Below are positions 56,268 through 64,000 of a stretch of DNA of 64,000 nucleotides, piece by piece (position 1 is the stretch's first letter; each line of letters begins with the position of its first letter). The notes under the pieces were generated by a model. That model was not told the DNA's origin and ran no database searches. It was given only the letters and a program-made list of their open reading frames with translations. The translations under genes and the position numbers were made by a program. Origin of the DNA: Antedon mediterranea. Lineage: Eukaryota > Animalia > Echinodermata. The stretch spans positions 9,454,201 through 9,518,200 of the forward strand of contig NC_092679.1 of assembly GCF_964355755.1 (NCBI RefSeq). Reading direction: 5' to 3'.

Positions 56268-56282
56268 CCTTTCATATCCATT
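56268..56282 (-). repeat. Right terminal inverted repeat (CCTTTCATATCCATT on +)
   Basis: Exact reverse complement of 53366-53380. Confidence 0.95.
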
Positions 56283-56286
56283 TTAA
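56283..56286. other. TTAA target-site duplication, right copy
   Basis: Directly follows the right TIR; satellite resumes with GCACTTTGG. Confidence 0.9.
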
Positions 56287-58055
56287 GCACTTTGGTGTTT
56301 TTTTGTTAACAAGTTTTTCGAAATTCTCAAAATGGTCTAAAACGTTTCCAAATGCGATTTGAAGCTATTCTGTACACTTTGATGTTTTGTGTGAAAATTT
56401 TCTGTCGAAATGCTCAAAATGGTCAAAAACGTTTTTAAATACGATATTAAGCTACTTTGTGCTCTTTGATGTTTTTGTGTGAAATGTTTTATCGAAATGC
56501 TCAAAATGGTCTAAAACGGTTTCTAATGTGATTTCAAGCACTTTGATGTTTTTGTGTAACCAAGTTTTTCGAAAATCACAAAATTGTCTAAAACGTCTCC
56601 AAATGCGATTTGAAGCTATTCTGTACTCTTTGATGTTTTTATGTTAACAAGTTTTTTTGAAAATCACAAAATGGTCTAAAACGTCTCTAAATGAGATTTG
56701 AAGCTTTTCTGTACACTTTGATGTTTTTATGTTAACAAGTTTTTTCGAAAATCACAAAATGGTCTAAAATGTCTCCAAATGCGATTTGAAGCTATTCTAA
56801 GCACTTTGGTGTTTTTATGGAAACAAATTTTTTCGAAAATCACAAAATGGTCTAAAACGTCTCCAAATGTGATTTGAAGCTATTCTGTACACTTTGATGT
56901 TTTTATGTTAGCAAGTTTTTTCGAAAATCACAAAATGGTCTAAAACGTCTACAAATGCGATTTGAAGCTAATCTGTACACTTTGATGTTTTTATGTTAAC
57001 AAGTTTTTTCGAAAATCACAAAATGGTCTAAAACGTTTCCAAATGCGATTTGAAGCTATTCTGTACACTTTGATGTTTTGTGTGAAAATTTTCTGTCGAA
57101 ATGCTCAAAATGGTCAAAAACGTTTTTAAATACGATATTAAGCTACTTTGTGCTCTTTGATGTTTTTGTGTGAAATGTTTTATCGAAATGCTCAAAATGG
57201 TCTAAAACGGTTTCTAATGTGATTTCAAGCACTTTGATGTTTTTGTGTAACCAAGTTTTTCGAAAATCACAAAATTGTCTAAAACGTCTCCAAATGCGAT
57301 TTGAAGCTATTCTGTACACTTTGATGTTTTTATGTTAACAAGTTTTTCGAAAATCACAAAATGGTCTAAAACGTCTCCAAATGCGATTTGAAGCAATTCT
57401 GTACACTTTGATAAAGTTTTTCGAAAATCACAAAATGGTCTAAAACGTCTCTAAATGCGATTTGAAGCTTTTCTGTACACTTTGATGTTTTTATGTTAAC
57501 AACTTTTTTCGAAAATCACAAAATGGTCTAAAATGTCTCCAAATGCGATTTGAAGCTATTCTAAGCACTTTGATGTTTTTATGTTAACAAGTTTTTTCGA
57601 AAATCACAAAATGGTCTAAAACGTCTCCAATAGCGATTTTAAGCTATTCTGTACACTTTGGTGTTTTTATGTTAACAAGTTTTTTCGAAAATCACAAAAT
57701 GGTCTAAAACGTCTCCAAATGCGATTTGAAGCTATTCTGTACACTTTGATGTTTTTATGTTAACAAGTTTTTTCGAAAATCACAAAATGGTCTAAAACGT
57801 CTACAAATGCAATTTGTAGCTATTCTAAGCACTTTTGTGTTTTTATGTTAACAAGTTTTTTCGAAAATCACAAAATGGTCTAAAACGTCTGCAAATGCGA
57901 TTTGAAACTATTCTTAGCCCATTGGTGTTTTTATTTAAACAAATTTTTTCGAAACTCACAAAATGGTCTAAAACGTCTCCAAATGCGATTTGAAGCTATT
58001 TTAAGCACTTTGGTGTTTTTGTGTTAACAAGTTTTTCGAAATGCTCAAAATGGTC

Positions 58056-58063
58056 TAGGCCTA
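58056..58063. other. 6-bp insertion creating TAGGCCTA in one satellite monomer (possible transposon excision footprint)
   Basis: TGGTCTAGGCCTAAAACG versus TGGTCTAAAACG in the homologous monomers. Confidence 0.5.
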
Positions 58064-61000
58064 AAACGTTTTTAAACACGATATTAAGCTATTTTGTGCT
58101 CTTTGATGTTTTTTTGTGAAAAGTTTTAGCAAAATGCTCAAAATGGTCTAAAACGATTTCTAATGTGATTTTAAGCACTTTGATGTTTTTATGTTAACTA
58201 GTTTTTTCGAAAATCACAAAATGGTCTAAAACGTCTCCAAATACGATTTGAAGCTATTTTAAGCACTTAGGTGCTTTTGTGTAACCAAGTTTTTTAGAAA
58301 ATCACAAAATGGTCTAAAACATCTCCAAATGCGATTTAAAGCTATTTTAAGCACTTTGGTGTTTTTATGTTAACAAGTTTTTTCGAAAATCACAAAATGG
58401 TCTAAAACGTCTCCAAATGCGATTTGAAGCTATTTTAAGCACTTTGGTGTTTTTGTGTTAACAAGTTTTTCGAAATGCTCAAAATGGTCTAAAACGTTTC
58501 CAAATGCGATTTGAAGCTATTCTGTACACTTTGATGTTTTGTGTGAAAATTTTCTGTCGAAATGCTCAAAATGGTCAAAAACGTTTTTAAATACGATATT
58601 AAGCTACTTTGTGCTCTTTGATGTTTTTGTGTGAAATGTTTTATCGAAATGCTCAAAATGGTCTAAAACGGTTTCTAATGTGATTTCAAGCACTTTGATG
58701 TTTTTGTGTAACCAAGTTTTTCGAAAATCACAAAATTGTCTAAAACGTCTCCAAATGCGATTTGAAGCTATTCTGTACTCTTTGATGTTTTTATGTTAAC
58801 AAGTTTTTCGAAAATCACAAAATGGTCTAAAACGTCTCCAAATGCGATTTTAAGCTATTCTAAGCACTTTGGTGTTTTTATGTTAACAAGTTTTTTTGAA
58901 AATCACAAAATGGTCTAAAACGTCTCTAAATGAGATTTGAAGCTTTTCTGTACACTTTGATGTTTTTATGTTAACAAGTTTTTTCGAAAATCACAAAATG
59001 GTCTAAAATGTCTCCAAATGCGATTTGAAGCTATTCTAAGCACTTTGGTGTTTTTATGGAAACAATTTTTTTCGAAAATCACAAAATGGTCTAAAACGTC
59101 TCCAAATGTGATTTGAAGCTATTCTGTAAACTTTGATGTTTTTATGTTAGCAAGTTTTTTCGAAAATCACAAAATGGTCTAAAACGTCTACAAATGCGAT
59201 TTGAAGCTAATCTGTACACTTTGATGTTTTTATGTTAACAAGTTTTTTCGAAAATCACAAAATGGTCTAAAACGTTTCCAAATGCGATTTGAAGCTATTC
59301 TGTACACTTTGATGTTTTGTGTGAAATTTTTCTGTCGAAATGCTCAAAATGGTCAAAAACGTTTTTAAATACGATATTAAGCTACTTTGTGCTCTTTGAT
59401 GTTTTTGTGTGAAATGTTTTATCGAAATGCTCAAAATGGTCTAAAACGGTTTCTAATGTGATTTCAAGCACTTTGATGTTTTTGTGTAACCAAGTTTTTC
59501 GAAAATCACAAAATTGTCTAAAACGTCTCCAAATGCGATTTGAAGCTATTCTTTACACTTTGATGTTTTTATGTTAACAAGTTTTTCGAAAATCACAAAA
59601 TGGTCTAAAACGTCTCCAAATGCGATTTGAAGCTATTCTAAGCACTTTGGTGTTTTTATGTTAACAAGTTTTTTCGAAAATCACAAAATGGTCTAAAACG
59701 TCTCCAAATGCGATTTGAAGCTATTCTAAGCACTTTGGTGTTTTTATGTTAACAAGTTTTTTCGAAAATCACAAAATGGTCTAAAACGTCTCCAAATGCG
59801 ATTTGAAGCTATTCTAAGCACTTTGGTGTTTTTATGTTAACAAGTTTTTTCGAAAATCACAAAATGGTCTAAAACGTCTCCAAATGCGATTTGAAGCTAT
59901 TTTAAGCACTTTGGTGCTTTTGTGTAACCAAGTTTTTTCGAAAATCACGAAATGGTCTAAAACGTCTCCAAATGCGATTTGAAGCTATTCTAAGCACTTT
60001 GGTGTTTTTACGTTAACAAGTTTTTTCGAAATTCACAAAATGGTCTAAAACGTCTCCAAATGCGATTTGAAGCTATTCTGTACACTTTGATGTTTTTATG
60101 TTAACAAGTTTTTTCGAAAATCACAAAATGGTCTAAAACGTTTCCAAATGCGATTTGAAGCTTTTCTGTACACTTTGATGATTTTATGTTAACAACTTTT
60201 TTCGAAAATCACAAAATGGTCTAAAACGTCTCCAATAGCGATTTGAAGCTTTTCTGTACACTTTGGTGTTTTTATGTTAACAAGTTTTTTCGAAAATCAC
60301 AAAATGGTCTAAAACGTCTCCAAATGCGATTTGAAGCTATTCTGTACACTTTGATGTTTTTATGTTAACAAGTTTTTCGAAAATGACAAAATGGTCTAAA
60401 ACGTCTACAAATGCGATTTGAAGCTATTCTGTACACTTTGATGTTTTGTGTGAAAATTTTCTGTCGAAATGCTCAAAATGGTCAAAAACGTTTTTAAATA
60501 CGATATTAAGCTACTTTGTGCTCTTTGATGTTTTTGTGTGAAAAGTTTTATCGAAATGCTCAAAATGGTCTAAAACGGTTTCTAGTGTGATTTCAAGCAC
60601 TTTGATGTTTTTGTGTAACCAAGTTTTTCGAAAATCACAAAATTGTCTAAAACGTCTCCAAATGCGATTTGAAGCTATTCTGTACACTTTGATGTTTTGT
60701 GTGAAAATTTTCTGTCAAAATGCTCAAAATGGTCAAAAACGTTTTTAAATACGATATTAAGCTACTTTGTGCTCTTTGATGTTTTTGTGTGAAATGTTTT
60801 ATCGAAATGCTCAAAATGGTCTAAAACGGTTTCTAATGTGATTTCAAGCACTTTGATGTTTTTGTGTAACCAAGTTTTTTCGAAAATCACAAAATTGTCT
60901 AAAACGTCTCCAAATGTGATTTGAAGCTATTCTGTACTCTTTGATGTTTTTATGTTAACAAGTTTTTCGAAAATCACAAAATGGTCTAAAACGTCTCCAA

Positions 61001-64000
61001 ATGTGATTTTAAGCTATTCTAACCACTTTGGTGTTTTTATGTTAACAAGTTTTTTTGAAAATCACAAAATGGTCTAAAACGTCTCTAAATGAGATTTGAA
61101 GCTTTTCTGTACACTTTGATGTTTTTATGTTAAAAAGTTTTTTCGAAAATCACAAAATGGTCTAAAATGTCTCCAAATGCGATTTGAAGCTATTCTAAGC
61201 ACTTTGGTGTTTTTATGGAAACAATTTTTTTCGAAAATCACAAAATGGTCTAAAACGTCTCCAAATGTGATTTGAAGCTATTCTGTACACTTTGATGTTT
61301 TTATGTTAGCAAGTTTTTTCGAAAATCACAAAATGGTCTAAAACGTCTACAAATGCGATTTGAAGCTAATCTGTACACTTTGATGTTTTTATGTTAACAA
61401 GTTTTTTCGAAAATCACAAAATGGTCTAAAACGTTTCCAAATGCGATTTGAAGCTATTCTGTACACTTTGATGTTTTGTTTGAAAATTTTCTGTCGAAAT
61501 GCTCAAAATGGTCAAAAACGTTTTTAAATACGATATTAAGCTACTTTGTGCTCTTTGATGTTTTTGTGTGAAATGTTTTATCGAAATGCTCAAAATGGTC
61601 TAAAATGGTTTCTAATGTGATTTCAAGCACTTTGATGTTTTTGTGTAACCAAGTTTTTCGAAAATCACAAAATTGTCTAAAACGTCTCCAAATGCGATTT
61701 GAAGCTATTCTGTACACTTTGATGTTTTTATGTTAACAAGTTTTTCGAAAATCACAAAATGGTCTAAAACGTCTCCAAATGCGATTTTAAGCTATTCTAA
61801 GCACTTTGGTGTTTTTATGTTAAGAAGTTTTTTCGAAAATCACAAAATGGTCTAAAACGTCTCCAAATGCGATTTGAAGCTATTTTAAGAACTTTGGTGT
61901 TTTTATCTTAACAAGTTTTTTCGAAAATCACAAAATGGTCTAAAACGTCTCCAAATGCGATTTGAAGCTATTCTAAGCACTTTGGTGTTTTTATGTTAAC
62001 AAGTTTTTTCAAAAATCACAAAACGGTCTAAAACGTCTCCAAATGCGATTTGAAGCTTTTCTGTACACTTTGATAATTTTATGTTAACAAGTTTTTTCAA
62101 AAATCACAAAATGGTCTAAAACGTTTCCAAATGCGATTTGAAGCTATTCTGTACACTTTGATGTTTTGTGTGAAAATTTTCTGTCGAAATGCTCAAAATG
62201 GTCATAAACGTTTTTAAATACGATATTAAGCTACTTTGTGCTCTTTGATGTTTTTGTGTGAAAAGTTTTATCGAAATGCTCAAAATGGTCTAAAACGGTT
62301 TCTAATGTGATTTCAAGCACTTTGATGTTTTTGTGTAACCAAGTTTTTCGAAAATCACAAAATTGTCTAAAACGTCTCCAAATGCGATTTGAAGCTATTC
62401 TGTACACTTTGATGTTTTTATGTTAACAAGTTTTTTCGAAAATCACAAAAGAGTCTAAAATATCTCGAAATGCGATTTGAAGCTATTCTAAGCACTTTGG
62501 TGTTTTTATGTTAACAAGTTTTTTCGAAATCACAAAATGGTCTAAAATGTCTTCAAATGCGATTTGAAGCTAATCTTAGCACATTGGTGTTTTTATGTTA
62601 ACAAGTTTTTTTGAAAATCACAAAATGGTCTAAAACGACTCCAAATGCGATTTGAAGCTATTCTGTATACTTTTGTGTTTTTATGTTAACAAGTTTTTTC
62701 GAAAATCACAAAATGGTCTAAAACGTCTCCAAATGCGATTTGAAGCTATTTTAAGCACTTTGGTGTTTTTGTGTTAACAAGTTTTTCGAAAAGCTCAAAA
62801 TGGTCTAAAACGTTTTTAAACACGATTTTAAGCTATTTTGTGCTCTTTGATGTTTTTTTGTGAAAAGTTTTAGCGAAATGCTCAAAATGGTCTAAAACGA
62901 TTTCTAATGTGATTTTAAGCACTTTTATGTTTTTATGTTAACTAGTTTTTTCAAAAATCACAAAATGGTCTAAAACGTCTCCAAATGTGATTTGAAGCTA
63001 TTCTAAGCACTTTGGTGTTTTTATGTTAACAGTTTTTTCGAAAATCACAAAATGGTCTAAAACGTTTCCAAATGCGATTTGAAGCTATTCTGTACACTTT
63101 GATGTTTTTATGGTAACAAGTCTTTTAGAAAATCACAAAGTGGTCTAAAACACCTCCAAATGCGATTTAAAGCTATTTTAAGCCCTTTTGTGTTTTTGTG
63201 TAACCAAGTTTTTTCGAAAATCACAAAAGGGTCTAAAATGTCTCTAAATGCGATTTGAAGCTACTCTAAGCACTTTGGTGTTTTTATGCTAACAAGTTTT
63301 TTCGAAAATCAATAAATGGTCTAAAATGTCTCCAAATGCGATTTGAAGCTATTCTGTACACTTTGCTGTTTTGTGTGAAAAATGTTTGTCGAAATCCTCA
63401 AAATGGTCAAAAACGTTTTTAAATACGATATTAAGCTATTTTGTGCTCTTTGATGTTTTTGTGTGAAAAGTTTTATCGAAATACTCAAAATGGTCTAAAA
63501 CGGTTTCTAATGTGATTTTAAGCACTTTGATGTTTTTGTGTAACCAAGTTTTTTCGAAAATCACAAAATGGTCTAAAATGTCTCCAAATGCGATTTGAAG
63601 CGATTCTAAGCACTTTGGTGTTTTTATGGAAACAATTTTTTTCGAAAATCACAAAATGGTCTAAAACGTCTCCAATAGCAATTTGAAGCTTTTCTGTACA
63701 CTTTGATGTTTTTATGTTAACATGTTTTTTCGAAAATCACAAAATGGTCTAAAACGTCTCCAAATGCGATTTGAAGCTATTCTGTACACTTTGATGTTTT
63801 TATGTTAACAAGTTTTTTATAAAATCACAAAATGGTCTAAAACGTCTCCAAATGCGATTTGAAGCTATTCTGTACACTTTGATGTTTTTATGTTAACAAG
63901 TTTTTTCGAAAATCACAAAAGGGTCTAAAATGTCTCTAAATGCGATTTGAAGCTATTCTAAGCACTTAGGTGTTTTTATGTTAACAAGTTTTTTCGAAAA

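Larger units (their letters stand above)
53366..56282. mobile_element. Non-autonomous cut-and-paste DNA transposon, 2,917 bp, Kolobok-like
   Basis: Unique sequence interrupting the satellite at GCTATT[TTAA]GCAC; TTAA duplicated on both sides; perfect 15-bp TIRs; purine-purine 5' terminus (AA) fits Kolobok (TTAA TSD, RR..YY ends) rather than piggyBac (CC..GG ends); no transposase-length ORF. The element call is firm and the superfamily call is less so. Confidence 0.88.
56283..64000. repeat. 88-bp satellite tandem array (right arm), more diverged monomers
   Basis: Same monomer and orientation resume in register at TTAAGCACTTTGG after the insertion and run off the window end. Confidence 0.98.

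Noticed and set aside
53362-56286. piggyBac assignment for the insertion
   Set aside because: TTAA TSD fits, but the termini are AA..TT rather than the CC..GG typical of piggyBac.
1-64000. Strand inversion of the satellite array
   Set aside because: All monomers read in the same orientation on both sides of the insertion.

Overview
Eukaryotic, AT-rich satellite DNA. About 95% of the window is a head-to-tail tandem array of an 88-bp monomer, all in one orientation (consensus GTTTTTTCGAAAATCACAAAATGGTCTAAAACGTCTCCAAATGCGATTTGAAGCTATTCTRWRCACTTTGRTGTTTTTATGTTAACAA). The array has nested higher-order repeats: a 440-bp 5-mer, 1.3-kb and ~6-10-kb duplications, and one near-perfect 6,756-bp tandem duplication. 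It becomes more diverged after ~45 kb. The only unique sequence is a 2,917-bp DNA transposon (53366-56282) with a TTAA target-site duplication and 15-bp TIRs beginning AA, which points to Kolobok rather than piggyBac. It has no transposase ORF. It does appear to carry two convergent, intron-containing transcription units with promoter-motif clusters at each end and opposed AATAAA signals in the middle. Because the satellite shows the ancestral state, small insertions (TA>TAGGCCTA, TTAA-CCCTCTT) can be read as possible transposon footprints. No protein-coding gene is supported, and all supplied ORFs are judged spurious.
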